Assembly: GCA_009859145.1 (NCBI GenBank)
Contig: VRVR01000052.1
Coordinates: 159,943 to 223,942 of the forward strand
Source: Andalucia godoyi And28
Taxonomy: Eukaryota > Protista > Jakobida
Direction: 5' to 3'
DNA length: 64,000 nucleotides
Below the pieces are notes generated by a model. That model did no database searches and was not told the DNA's origin. It worked only from the letters and a program-made list of their open reading frames with translations. Each line of letters starts with the position of its first letter. Position 1 is the stretch's first letter. Positions 41,590-52,020 of the stretch are shown one piece after another. A program made the translations under genes and the position numbers.

Positions 41590-42816
41590 TTACGTACCCA
41601 AGTTGACGACAAACTGCTTGTACTTGTCCAAGTTTCTCCGGAGCAAATCCTCGATTGGCCCGAGAACACGGTTGAATGCAGCACGGTCAAGCCTTGCGCA
41701 CCGGACGATATCCGAATCTGCAATGACTGTTGCGAGTCTCGGTTGATTGGTAAGCAGCGCAATTTCTCCAAAGAACTCCGAGCGACCGAGCCTGGTCACT
41801 TCGACGCCGCGTTTCCTGACCGAAACCTCTCCCTCAATCACAATGTAAAAGTCATCGCCAGACTCTCCCTCCCGCAACACCACGTCCCCGCGCTTGAACT
41901 CGACATCCGCCAAAGCATCGGCCACGGTCGCTCGTTCATACGACGTCAGCGTGGCCAAGATCGGCACATGCGCCAGCACGTCTTCGTACGACTGTCGCTT
42001 GGCCATCTGTGCACCAAGCAACACCGACCTGTACGTGTTTCTGTCGATTGCCCACAGCTTTGCGCCGTCTGTGGAAATCACGACCACGGACGCAGCACGT
42101 GGAGTGTTGTACATCAGCGCAAGCTCTCCAAACGAGCCGCCAGGCTTGATGTTCGCAACCGCCGTGCCGTCCTTGAGCGCATTGCACTCCCCGGACTCCA
42201 GCACGTAGAAGAAGTCTCCGTCGTCACCCTGCTGAATCAGCACGTCACCACATGCAGCATGCTTCTCCACCATCGCTGCATACACGCGCTGGCGGTCGTT
42301 CTCATCAAGCAGCTTGAACAGCGGATTCAGACGCAGAGCAAGCGACAATCTGTCCAGCGTTGCCTGGTCTTTCTTTGGCTGTGCATCCGCCGACTGCGAG
42401 CCCGAGCCAGCAGACGAGGACGAAGCACCGGAAGCACCCGCCGAGCCTGAGGGAGGCGCGCTGATCGGCTCTGCAGAAACCCCCATTCGACGAGCGGTCG
42501 CCATCGAGTATCTTCGACGAAGCATATCTGACGTCACTGCATCAATCGTGTGGTCATCATCGCCAGCATTGGTATCATTCGAAGCAGACGTCGAACCACC
42601 AGACGGAGCCGAAGCCAAAGCAGAAGCCGAAGTCGAGGAGGATGAGGAAGAAACTGTCAGAGGAGCCGACGACAGACGCTGTTGGAGGAGCGAGATGAGG
42701 AATGCCGGAATGTTCGATGGACGATGCTTGCACAACTCGACGAGAAGGTCCGTGATCAGCTCGGGGACTTGATGGTCATCGAGAAACGACTGGTATTCAG
42801 ACTCCAGAGACGCCAT
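41590..42816 (-). CDS. PKAR: cAMP-dependent protein kinase regulatory subunit
   Basis: N-terminal D/D domain, pseudosubstrate RRMGV, and two cNMP pockets (FGELALMYNTPRAAS, FGEIALLTNQPRLAT). Confidence 0.96.
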   Translation of the reverse strand: MASLESEYQSFLDDHQVPELITDLLVELCKHRPSNIPAFLISLLQQRLSSAPLTVSSSSSSTSASALASAPSGGSTSASNDTNAGDDDHTIDAVTSDMLRRRYSMATARRMGVSAEPISAPPSGSAGASGASSSSAGSGSQSADAQPKKDQATLDRLSLALRLNPLFKLLDENDRQRVYAAMVEKHAACGDVLIQQGDDGDFFYVLESGECNALKDGTAVANIKPGGSFGELALMYNTPRAASVVVISTDGAKLWAIDRNTYRSVLLGAQMAKRQSYEDVLAHVPILATLTSYERATVADALADVEFKRGDVVLREGESGDDFYIVIEGEVSVRKRGVEVTRLGRSEFFGEIALLTNQPRLATVIADSDIVRCARLDRAAFNRVLGPIEDLLRRNLDKYKQFVVNLGT

Positions 42817-43299
42817 ACTCGAAACAGCAGGAGAAATGACGAATGCAAAAAGAAGAAGGAAACAGAATTTAAATATATAAAATAAAAAAAGAAAAAGAAG
42901 AGAAGGAGAAAAGAAAAAAAAGAAATCAAAAAATGATGATGATGATAATAACAATAATAACAATAATAATAATAATAAGATGGTATGATAATATGTAATG
43001 ATAGAAGAATGGGAATAAATGATGAACGACGAAAATAAAAAGACTGGACCGAGAAAGAAAGAGAAGAGGATTGATATGAAGGAGGCGGAGGCGATGGAAG
43101 GATGGAGAGGGGAAACACTGCTGGGGCCTACTCGAACGACACAAGCGTCTGCTTAGCCTTTTCAGCGTTCTTTTTTACATACGGACCCAATTTCCTCCTC
43201 CTTGCTTTTGTTATGTTGCATCACGTTCAGTGAGTTGATGCTGCGTGAAAACTTCTTCTTGCGTGCAGACTTGCTTCTTTCGGGCAGTTCGCAGGTCTG

Positions 43300-43527
43300 C
43301 CGGGTCTTTCCATTGCCAAAAGCAGCGGGAACAGAAGCCAAAGATCGACGCCACTTATTTCGATATGATGAAGCAGCATCTGCATCTATCTTAGGAACGT
43401 CTCTCATGCCGAGGGGGCGTGTTGGGGCCTACCCCCTTCCCAATCATGCTATGCACGTTGCTGGGTTGCAACATTGATTATGGGTGATCAGCGATGATTA
43501 TCCGTGGATTAGTGTACAATGTAGGCG
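43300..43527 (+). mobile_element. Fanzor 3-prime end/omegaRNA relic, copy B
   Basis: CATCTATCTTAGGAAC...GGCGTGTTGGGGCCTACCCCCTT (43384-43438) and AGTGTACAATGTAGGCG (43511-43527) match the ends of copies A and C. The left boundary is approximate. Confidence 0.75.
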
Positions 43528-43918
43528 CCTGTGAACGACACACTTTCTTTTGTAGTTTTTTCGTCTTGTCATCCATGCATTTTCTTAATTATTGGAGGAG
43601 GGAAAGAAAAAGGAAAGGGTTGGGTTTATATTTTACAAAATAAAAATTCAAGAAGAACTCGGAAATCATGGCTATCTTTTGTAAAGATCCGTGTGGTTCA
43701 AGCACAGAGGAAAACTGGGAACAAAAACCTGAAAGCGGTTGTACCTCGACTTCTTGCACATTCCGATTCCCGCAGCCCCGCGTCCCGCGTCCCGCATCCT
43801 TCCCGCATCACTGCTTCGGTTTCAAGTGACAGCTTGACCTACAGCCAAGACGGTTTGCTTGAGGGCAGCGGGAGGAAATAGTAGTAGTGTTGTTCTGGTT
43901 AGTATTGCTGATTGTGCG

Positions 43919-44740
43919 ATGCGTCGGCGATCCAGTTCTCCGCTGCCGGACCCGCGACGGCTCTCTTACGACACCGAGGGTTCTGACGTGAGCGAGTATT
44001 CGTTGCGGCACCACAGCAGCTCGAGCGTTCCGAAGCAGCGACAAAAGTCTCCGTCAAAACGACTGCGAATGCCTAACCGTATGCATAGTGCAAGCTCACA
44101 ACCGGCGGTGCTTCCGCGCACGGTAACCCCGCTTCTGGAGACTCTGGTCTTCTCAACCACCCCTTCCGGACCGTCGTTTCTGCCCACGCTGGAACTGCCT
44201 GCCGTCGGCCCGCGGTGGAGACCGGATTACAACCGCGCACTGTCCCCCACGTCTCCTTCGTCACGGTCGGCTTGGCTCTATGCCGCTGGTTTCGACTCTC
44301 CAGGTCCCATCTACAATCAAAACACACCACACAGAGCCTCCTCGCCACTGTCATCATTATCGTCGTCGTCGTCTTCTCGATCAAGCTCACGCACCTCTTC
44401 GCCTTGGAGACAATCATTCTCCAACACGACCAATTCCGATCAAAACAAAAAGAAGAAGAAGAAGAAGAAAAAGAAAACGATGACGATGATTATGATGGAG
44501 ATGACGCCGACGCCGACGCCGTCGACGATGAAGAACAAGAAGAAGGAGAAAGACTGCCAGAAAAAGAGAATTGCGAGCAAAGATGCATGGTATGATGATG
44601 ATTACCGATTCCGCGATGATGCTCGTTGGAGTCCCGTGGAATATTCGGCAACCTCACCTCGGATCAAAGGAGGGTCGTTTGGACACGCTCCACGACTCGG
44701 GACATTCTCTGCTGCGTACATTGTTCCAAACAAGCACTAG
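43919..44740 (+). CDS. Ser/Pro-rich protein with a SHIPPO/STPG-like motif
   Basis: SPGPIY and GGSFGHAPR resemble PG-rich flagellar repeats; weak. Confidence 0.5.
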   Translation: MRRRSSSPLPDPRRLSYDTEGSDVSEYSLRHHSSSSVPKQRQKSPSKRLRMPNRMHSASSQPAVLPRTVTPLLETLVFSTTPSGPSFLPTLELPAVGPRWRPDYNRALSPTSPSSRSAWLYAAGFDSPGPIYNQNTPHRASSPLSSLSSSSSSRSSSRTSSPWRQSFSNTTNSDQNKKKKKKKKKKTMTMIMMEMTPTPTPSTMKNKKKEKDCQKKRIASKDAWYDDDYRFRDDARWSPVEYSATSPRIKGGSFGHAPRLGTFSAAYIVPNKH

Positions 44741-44858
44741 TCTGGAACTGGACATTTCGATGCCATTGTTTTCCTGTTTTGTTAACACGCGTATTGTTAA
44801 ATCATGATTGTGATGATTTCCGGTTTATTGCGGTACGTGCTGTTTCCCACCTCGTCCC

Positions 44859-46943
44859 TTAGAACGGACTGAGAGGCTTCTTGCTGCTCGCGGCAGAAGA
44901 CGGTCGAAAGTCAGACGGCCCAGTCGTGATTGCGGAACCCGTTCCTGCAGCTTCCCCCCGATAAATGCGGTTGTCTTCTCCGATGAGAGCAACCGCTGCT
45001 CTTGACTGCGCTGTTGCAGGTCGAGCAGCCGCAGCGGAATGCACTGCAGGGAGTTTTCCAAGCGAGTTTGAAGTCGTCATGTGTGGATTGGCTCCAGATG
45101 GAATGCTGTTACTGCTGTGACTGGCGCCGGGTCCTGTGGAGTGGTGGACGATCGGACGAAGTTGGGAGGGCGGAGACTTGTCGCGCGTGGTTCCTGAAAG
45201 ATGGTAGTCGGCTGTTGTCGGGCGGCTTGCTGTCAATGATGTGCTTGCAGTTCGTCCAGTCTGCAGAGGCGTCTGCAGCCCAGAGATATCGATTGCGTCG
45301 CTCAGAGACATCGACTGATCATTCTCCTTGTTGTTGATGTTGGCAGATATGGGAAGGCTACGGGGAAGGTTCGGAGTCGTCGGAGAGAAGGCATCGCTGT
45401 GCTGCAAAGACTGGGAAGACGCATTGTACTGGATCTGGCCCGTTGCATTCATGCCAGGAAGGGGAGATCCAAGAGCGAGGTTGTACCCATTCTCCAGCTC
45501 GCGAACGTTCTCATTCCCAACCAGCGTGTACACGGGACCAACTTGACGATTGCAAGACAAGCAGCGAAAACGCGCCGCACCGCCTTCTTGCACGCTCGTC
45601 GACTCCTGCACGGATTGCAGCATCCGAGAAACAGACTGTTCAATCCGCTTGAGATCCATGCGCTCGGCCTTGTGGTCCAAGGCGGGAAGAAGCGAGTCGG
45701 CAAGCTGCTGGACGTGGCCGACGCTTTCGACACCCAGTTTGTCTATACGCGTCATGAGCTCCGTGCGCAGACGACGGAGCTTTGCATCAAGGTACTCCCG
45801 GTCTGCCTTCATGTCCACTATCCGGAAATCGACCTTTCGCTTCAGCTCATCCTGGACTTGCGCAATCGTCACGCGGTACGACTCCAAATCGCCCGCAACC
45901 TCGCTGATGCTCAACAGCTTCGACTTCATCGAGTTCAGATCAATGAAGCGTTCTCCAATCACGCACAGCCGGTTCAGTTCGCGAACAAGGTGGTCATGCT
46001 CCGTGGCGTTTGCCTTGCTCGCCACTTTTGCCTCGATCTCCTGCAGCGTGAAGGCCAGTGCATTTTGATTTCTAGTGTACAATTCTGTGGCAACCATTTC
46101 GGTCTGCAAGCGAGCCCGATGGACTTCCAGAGCCGTTTCGACCGCCCCCATGACCGCCTTTGCAGACTTTGAAGCCCAGAATGCGTCAAGCAGCGCACTG
46201 TCGTTCGCCGTGCTGCCGTTGGCATCCGCTGCAGTTTCGACATCGACTCCAAGAACATTGTAGAGAGACATGACAGACTTCCGAGTGTCTCGGATCATCC
46301 CCAGTGAATCCAACGCAAGGCGCGCATCTCCCTGCAGTTTGCGCAGATCCTCTCGAATCGCGTTCAGCTCGCTAGACGACACCGACTTCTGTCCAGAGCT
46401 GCTGACGGGGGCCATCGTGTTTGACGCGTTCACCCTCAGAACCGTAAAATCACGATCCAGCCGGTCCATATTCTCGTGGATGACACCCACCTGCTTGTTA
46501 AGCATGGTCACAACGCTCGCCTTCTGCTCGACGGACGACAATCGGGAATCCATGACGTTGAACAGCTCATCCAGAGAGCGCACTCGATCGGAAAGTCTGT
46601 CCAGCTGCCATCGATCTTGCGAGATAAGCTCTCGTAGCTCCTCCATCTTTGCCATGAGATGCGCGGTCTTGGCGGTAGTATCGTCCAGCTTTTGCTGAAG
46701 GCCGTCGTTTCCAACCTGCCGAAGAATGCTCTCTGTAATGTGTTTTTGCTGCTGGAGCTGTGCATCCGCAAGCATGTCTCGCGACACTATGTTACCCTCG
46801 AGACGGCGAATCTGCGTCGACATGCTCATGAGCATCTCCACTGTGGTCCCGACGAATTTCTGCAGATTGGACACGTCGATCTGAAACAGATTCTGAGACA
46901 GATTCGACAGGCTCGAAAGCTGCTCAGACTGCTGCGTCGCCAT
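44859..46943 (-). CDS. Coiled-coil protein, QRICH2/DUF4795-like
   Basis: Long heptads with KAN, KVD and KAE repeats, then GAARFRCLSCNRQV. Confidence 0.65.
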   Translation of the reverse strand: MATQQSEQLSSLSNLSQNLFQIDVSNLQKFVGTTVEMLMSMSTQIRRLEGNIVSRDMLADAQLQQQKHITESILRQVGNDGLQQKLDDTTAKTAHLMAKMEELRELISQDRWQLDRLSDRVRSLDELFNVMDSRLSSVEQKASVVTMLNKQVGVIHENMDRLDRDFTVLRVNASNTMAPVSSSGQKSVSSSELNAIREDLRKLQGDARLALDSLGMIRDTRKSVMSLYNVLGVDVETAADANGSTANDSALLDAFWASKSAKAVMGAVETALEVHRARLQTEMVATELYTRNQNALAFTLQEIEAKVASKANATEHDHLVRELNRLCVIGERFIDLNSMKSKLLSISEVAGDLESYRVTIAQVQDELKRKVDFRIVDMKADREYLDAKLRRLRTELMTRIDKLGVESVGHVQQLADSLLPALDHKAERMDLKRIEQSVSRMLQSVQESTSVQEGGAARFRCLSCNRQVGPVYTLVGNENVRELENGYNLALGSPLPGMNATGQIQYNASSQSLQHSDAFSPTTPNLPRSLPISANINNKENDQSMSLSDAIDISGLQTPLQTGRTASTSLTASRPTTADYHLSGTTRDKSPPSQLRPIVHHSTGPGASHSSNSIPSGANPHMTTSNSLGKLPAVHSAAAARPATAQSRAAVALIGEDNRIYRGEAAGTGSAITTGPSDFRPSSAASSKKPLSPF

Positions 46944-47672
46944 CCTGACACGACTGCAATGAAAATGAAGAGTCGACTATATTGAGGGGTGGATGCACGC
47001 AGACAGTAAGATGCAGACGTTAGTTTTTTTGAAGCAACAGAGTGAACGGAAGCGAAAAGAAGGGGGGAAAATATAATAGTAGTAAAAAAAACGCCAGTTT
47101 GATTTTCGTTCCAAACTCGTTACCGGTGTAGGCTCCAAACTCAAAACGGCTAGGCTGCTGTTTTTGCTCGCGTTTATGTTTTATGAAAGTGCCGTGCAAG
47201 CAGACATGGATGCCGTCTTTCACAGGGTGTCGTGCGACCGCACAGCCTCGCATAGAACGCAGCCAGTAAGGAAGAGAGAGGAAGGGTTTTGGACAACAGC
47301 AAAGGTGAAGTTGTATCGCCTTTCTCGTGGAGATACAGGTTCAGGAGGTATGTGGATTATCATCAGCACCAGTGTGAGGGACGCGGTGCTCGCATCGAAG
47401 CCGAATCGAATGCTGTGAAGAACGGTGTCGCCGAATGATTGATTCTCGCGAGAATGCGCCACACCGAAACCAATGGTGGACTAAGACGATGAAGATGATG
47501 AAGATGACGAAGACGATGAAGACGATGAAGGCAAGACAGAAGCCATTGGCAGCGGTCTGAGCGTTGGCACAACGGATGTTCAGGGTTCTGCGGTGCGTCG
47601 TACCGCCTCTTAGAATCATCGAGTCTCATTTTATTGGCACATCACTGAGTACACGTGTCCCAGACTCGCAGG

Positions 47673-48470
47673 TCAGTTCCCGGAGTTGGCATAGGGGACA
47701 TAATTGGCTCTGTTCTTGTCGTATTCTTCAAAGGACAATTTTGTCTTGGAGCTCTGGTATCTCTCGAGCTTGGTGTGCGAAAGAATTTCCTTTGAGACGG
47801 GCTCGCGGAGTCCTGCTTTGCGGTACAAGCTGTCCAAGCATTCCTCCTTCGTCCATCCCTGCTCCACACACACTTCTGGCAAGTACGTTGCCGAGTACGG
47901 TCTGCCGTTGATTGTGAAGGAGATGCGGATTCCATGCACCCCGATTGTCCAGTCAAACACATCCTTTGCAACTTCAAAGTTTGTCAAGAGAGAAACTGCA
48001 CATTGCAGCCGATTCAGGTCTGACTTCTTGATGGGATCAAACCGCCGATCTTCCGTTCCGCTGATCACTGCATACTCTGCAAGGCCCGTTCGCAGCGGAA
48101 CCTCGCTGAAGTTTCCAATGCATCCGCGCAAGTGGTACTCTCCATCCTTGGCCTTCTTGTTCCACGTCACAAACAGCGGGCTGCACATGACACCGACAAG
48201 GAGGGGAAAAAGGAAACAATCAAATCACAACCTCTCCAAAGCGTGAGTGAGTGAGTGAGTGAGTGTACGAGTCGGTAAAAAGGAATATGACATCCCGCGA
48301 ACCAAGACCGGCCGTCCAAGAAGTAGAAGAAGAACAACCACAACGGCATTGAAAAAACCAGTCAAGAAAGCATACTATTTGTCGTTGGATGGAAAAGAAG
48401 GACATTTTGTTCCAGCAAAGTAGGACTCCAGCGCCAAAAAGCAATGCGCTGCCATCAATTCCGTCGCCAT
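47673..48470 (-). CDS. AMMECR1: AMMECR1 family protein, spliced
   Basis: First exon MATELMAAHCFLAL; main exon PLFVTW...LRGCIG...DRRFDPI...VSLLTNFE...GVHGIRI...ATYLPEV..EQGW. Confidence 0.93.
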
Positions 48471-48484
48471 TTCCAAAAACACGG

Positions 48485-48527
48485 AACCACAAACCACGAA
48501 CCACGAACCACGAACCACGAACCACAG
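48485..48527. repeat. Heptamer tandem repeat AACCACG, about 6 units
   Basis: Directly visible just upstream of the AMMECR1 ATG. Confidence 0.9.
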
Positions 48528-48832
48528 GTTTGTCACAACCCGCCCTGCACTACACAACCAAGCAAGCAAAATAGTTAATACACATGCCGAAACATCTTGA
48601 GAGCGCGGCTGATGGACAAGATTTGATCATGTTCGGGTATTTTCTTTCGAGTTCGAGTTCCGGACCTCGATAGAATCACGTGATGCAACGATCCCCCCCC
48701 TCCTTTTTTTTTGATGTGTCTGAAACTCCCCAATGGGCTTCCTTTTCGTTTTTCAGAGACGCTTTCACAATTGAACGGCGCCACAGCTGTTGTTGTTGGA
48801 GAAGCGGGGGAAAAAAAGAAAAAAAAGTAGAA

Positions 48833-49225
48833 ATGAGCTCGTCTACCAAGGATCCTTCGATCCGCGAGATTCTCGGGGCGTTCCTGACGAACTATTCGTC
48901 GTCCACACCGAAGAAACTGAAACTGATTGATGTGTTTTTGCTGTTTTGCGGTCTTCAGGCATTGGTGCAGGTTGCGTATGTTGCAGCAGTCGGAACCACA
49001 TTTCCATTTAATTCGTTTTTGAGCGGGTTCTTTGCTGCGCTCGGGGCATTCTTCTTTACAGTTTCGCTTAGAATTCAGGTGTCGGCAGAGTACGAACAGA
49101 CTTTGGGCAAGGCAGATGGGAAGTCGGACAGCTCTGTCGCTTCACCGTCTGCAGAAAGAGCTTCTGCAGATTGGTTTGTAGGGCTTCTGGTTCTGTTCCT
49201 GTGCGTTTGGAACTTTATGGGCTGA
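48833..49225 (+). CDS. DAD1: Oligosaccharyltransferase subunit DAD1/OST2
   Basis: TPKKLKLID, FPFNSFLSGF, SLRIQ and ERASAD. Confidence 0.93.
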   Translation: MSSSTKDPSIREILGAFLTNYSSSTPKKLKLIDVFLLFCGLQALVQVAYVAAVGTTFPFNSFLSGFFAALGAFFFTVSLRIQVSAEYEQTLGKADGKSDSSVASPSAERASADWFVGLLVLFLCVWNFMG

Positions 49226-49679
49226 AAGAAGAAGGAGGACGGAAATAGGCAAAAGAAAAGAACTATGAAATTGCAAGTCCCATTGTATTATTGTTATTAT
49301 TACCGTTCCACATCATTGTAAAACATCAGACATGGGGAGTACTCGGGGGTGGGGGGCTGTTGCAGAACATCTCTCGTCCGCTTGCCTTGGAATTGCAATG
49401 AGGCAACAAGGCATCTGTTTTTTTCTGCAGGACCACGACAGACGCAGCGCTGAAACAAGAGCAATCAAAAATATCAATGGCTTCTTTTTGCTCAGACGTC
49501 AGGAGAGAGTGCAAGTCCCGTGCCGAAAGTCCTGACTTCCCCGACTTCCCCCAGTCTTTGTAAATTCGAATGCATATTCGAAATCCTCTGATTTCCCCCC
49601 ATCACTGCTGTATGGCCGCGTGTCTTTTCTGGGTATCAGAAACAACGGTGCGAAGCTCATTCCGAACCGCAATCATCCG

Positions 49680-51068
49680 ATGGCCACATCCGCTTCTCAG
49701 CTTGCGTTCGTGAACGACATATGCTCGATCTACACGCAGTCGTCAATGTCCAAGATTCTGCTCGACACGGTGATCGAATTGTTGTTTCACGGCGAGTCGA
49801 GTGTGATTGCAAATGTGAAGAACAATGTGCATCCCAGTGGACACGCCAGTACGATGGCGGACGCTTGGATGAACTTCATGACCAACGCGGATGTGCGCTT
49901 GCAGAAGCCACGTGAGATTGGATCGGCTGTGACGCAAGCTGCCCAGGACTGTGGTGCTAGCAGTGGCATGCTGAGACGGATTGAGGTAGCCGTGGGAAGG
50001 TTTCTAGACGCTGCGAAAAATACACAGCCAGTGAAGCGCTCTCGTTCGTCGGGCGGGGTCGGCATCCTGCTGACGGTCACCCCTGAGGAAGGTTTGGCTG
50101 TCAAGATTGCGTTCACGCATCTGTGTGACGTTGGCAAGACCGCGAAAAACGTTCCCGCTGCGACGCGGAACCAGATTTTGGAGTCGCTTTGCAAGAACGA
50201 GGATGCCGTCCTGCCAGACTTTTTGGACTGGAACGATGTGTCTGTGGAGTGTGTGGAGGACAGCGCGAAGCTCTCCGAGGAGCAAGATCATCCGCTGAGG
50301 TTCCAAACGTTCATTTTCCGGAGCAAGAGCCACGAGAATTCCGAAGTTTACAGGCTGCATCATATTAATTCGGGAGATGTCCAAGGCGCGGTGCATTTTG
50401 CGGTGGTTGTACCTCACTTGCTGCGACAATTCGAGCCATCACACGTCCTGGTTTCGGGCGTTTGTGCAGGGTACCCGGACAACAAGAATGAAATTGGATT
50501 TGGAACTGTTGTTGCCGCTACGGATGTCTTCAGTGTGACGCGAGGCAAGGCTACCCATTCGGAGATGCAGTTTGACATTCTGAAAATTTCATTGAATTCC
50601 ACTCCTGGTGCGAATCTCCAAGCACTGATTTCCAGCACGGTGAGTGTGTGGAATGCAAAGATTGCAGATCCGGTTTCTGGCTTGTCGGCGTTCATTGCTG
50701 ACTCCTCATCTTTCAAGAAAATGCTCGATTCTGGCATGGATGCGGCTAAGATCAAGGCCAATGCATTGACGGGTTCCATAGGATGTGCACTGGACTTTGT
50801 CAAGGAAGATCTCAAGACCAAGGAGGACTGGGATGCACTCCGCAAAGATACGGCTTCCAGAAAGTTGCGTGCGATCGAGATGGAAGGTGTTGGCATCGCC
50901 GAGGCCATCGCCGGTGCGAACAAGAAGCCAGTCGTGTTGTTCCAAAAGTCTGTGATGGATTTCGCTGGGCCGCGATCCGATGCTGCAAAACCGTATGCGT
51001 CATTCATTAGTGCATTATTTGCCACGCAGTTCCTGTTCTGCAGCGTCCTTCCCGAATTGTATCGTTGA
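49680..51068 (+). CDS. N-terminal helical domain plus PNP_UDP-fold nucleosidase (conflict-effector type)
   Basis: ILLTVTPEE, FEPSHVLVSGVCAG, GTVVAATDV, TGS, AIEMEGVG and KSVMDFAG...PYASFISA. Intronless. Confidence 0.85.
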   Translation: MATSASQLAFVNDICSIYTQSSMSKILLDTVIELLFHGESSVIANVKNNVHPSGHASTMADAWMNFMTNADVRLQKPREIGSAVTQAAQDCGASSGMLRRIEVAVGRFLDAAKNTQPVKRSRSSGGVGILLTVTPEEGLAVKIAFTHLCDVGKTAKNVPAATRNQILESLCKNEDAVLPDFLDWNDVSVECVEDSAKLSEEQDHPLRFQTFIFRSKSHENSEVYRLHHINSGDVQGAVHFAVVVPHLLRQFEPSHVLVSGVCAGYPDNKNEIGFGTVVAATDVFSVTRGKATHSEMQFDILKISLNSTPGANLQALISSTVSVWNAKIADPVSGLSAFIADSSSFKKMLDSGMDAAKIKANALTGSIGCALDFVKEDLKTKEDWDALRKDTASRKLRAIEMEGVGIAEAIAGANKKPVVLFQKSVMDFAGPRSDAAKPYASFISALFATQFLFCSVLPELYR

Positions 51069-51174
51069 AGTCCAGTGTATAAATCGGAAATCGTTTTCCA
51101 ATTGCGATTTTTTTCCTTTTCTTTTCGCGTCTGTTTTCCTATTTGTTTCAAATAAGCATTTGGATTCCGTCCGC

Positions 51175-51596
51175 AACCGCTCGCCAGTACATGAATCATT
51201 ACTGATCATCATCGGGACAGACCCAACCCACGTGTTTTTTTAAAAAATTAATTGGGGCGAGCACCAATTCTTTCAACGCAGATTGCTTTATATCAAAGGG
51301 TCGTCGTTTCCTCTTGCTCTCCGCTTCCAACGAGAGGGGATCAACGAGTTCTTGGTTCTCGGTATCTTCGGGCATGGCCGGTTTTGCGTTTGCTGGGAAG
51401 ATTCCTCTTTGGAGCCATGAGATGTTTTGTCTGTTTGAGGGGTCGATAGTAAAACACAACCAAACAGAAAAATAATACAAAGAAAAAGAAAGAAAAGAAT
51501 GAAGAAATGGAAACATCGCGCCCCATAGTGTTAGATAATTAAAGAAACTTCCGGTATGATGTTGCTTGTTGAATAGCCAATGGTAAGACACAGAAA
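51175..51596. repeat. Copy 3 of repeat R, abutting the Fanzor MITE right end
   Basis: Most complete copy; shares blocks with both 30129-30425 and 31627-31965. Confidence 0.9.
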
Positions 51597-52020
51597 CGCC
51601 TACATTATCCCCTGAACATGCATCTCGTTGCCGGGAACCGGATCGGCCCCAATACGCCTCACGGTGTTCTTCAGATAGATGTTCCGCGCTCTGTTCCAAT
51701 CTCGATCAATCTGTGAGCCTCTTTCTCAGCGTGGCACGTTGTTCCTGAGAAGGGTGCATTTTGATTCTGACGGCCCTAGCAGCAGGCGCTTTCGTGTCCT
51801 CAGTTGCAGCGCGATTGATGCACCTGGAGCTACGAGATCGTGTCTTGGAAGTTCGCCTCTTGGCAGTGCGCTGAACGAATGATAGATGGCTACGCGTAAG
51901 CACGAATTCCCTGTGAAGCAAAAAACGTGCTAGTGACTGCCAGTATTGACCGTGTCTGTTTATGTACACTCCCCCGTATGCATGACAATGCCGTGTTATT
52001 ATTATTCAACGGCCAACCGT
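51597..52020 (-). mobile_element. Non-autonomous Fanzor/TnpB-derived element (MITE-like), copy C
   Basis: KAPAARAVRIKMHPSQEQRATLRKRL fused to IDRDWNRARNIYLKN at the same junction as copy A (CTCACAG/ATTGATCGA); same left and right ends. Confidence 0.88.

Noticed and set aside
7-42816. cAMP pathway cluster (cyclase plus PKA-R)
   Set aside because: The genes are 39 kb apart with many unrelated genes between them; chance linkage.
5190-44600. Many antisense and alternate-frame ORFs with poly-C/R/V/L tracts
   Set aside because: They are shadows of microsatellite-like codon runs in real genes or introns.
47164-47640. Short ORFs and a GAT/GAC-rich tract between the DUF4795-like gene and AMMECR1
   Set aside because: No consistent reading frame or recognisable motif.
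49326-49514. LTSEQKEAIDIFDCSCF resembling the TnpB N-terminal helix
   Set aside because: A single short motif with no supporting downstream blocks or ends; compatible with chance.
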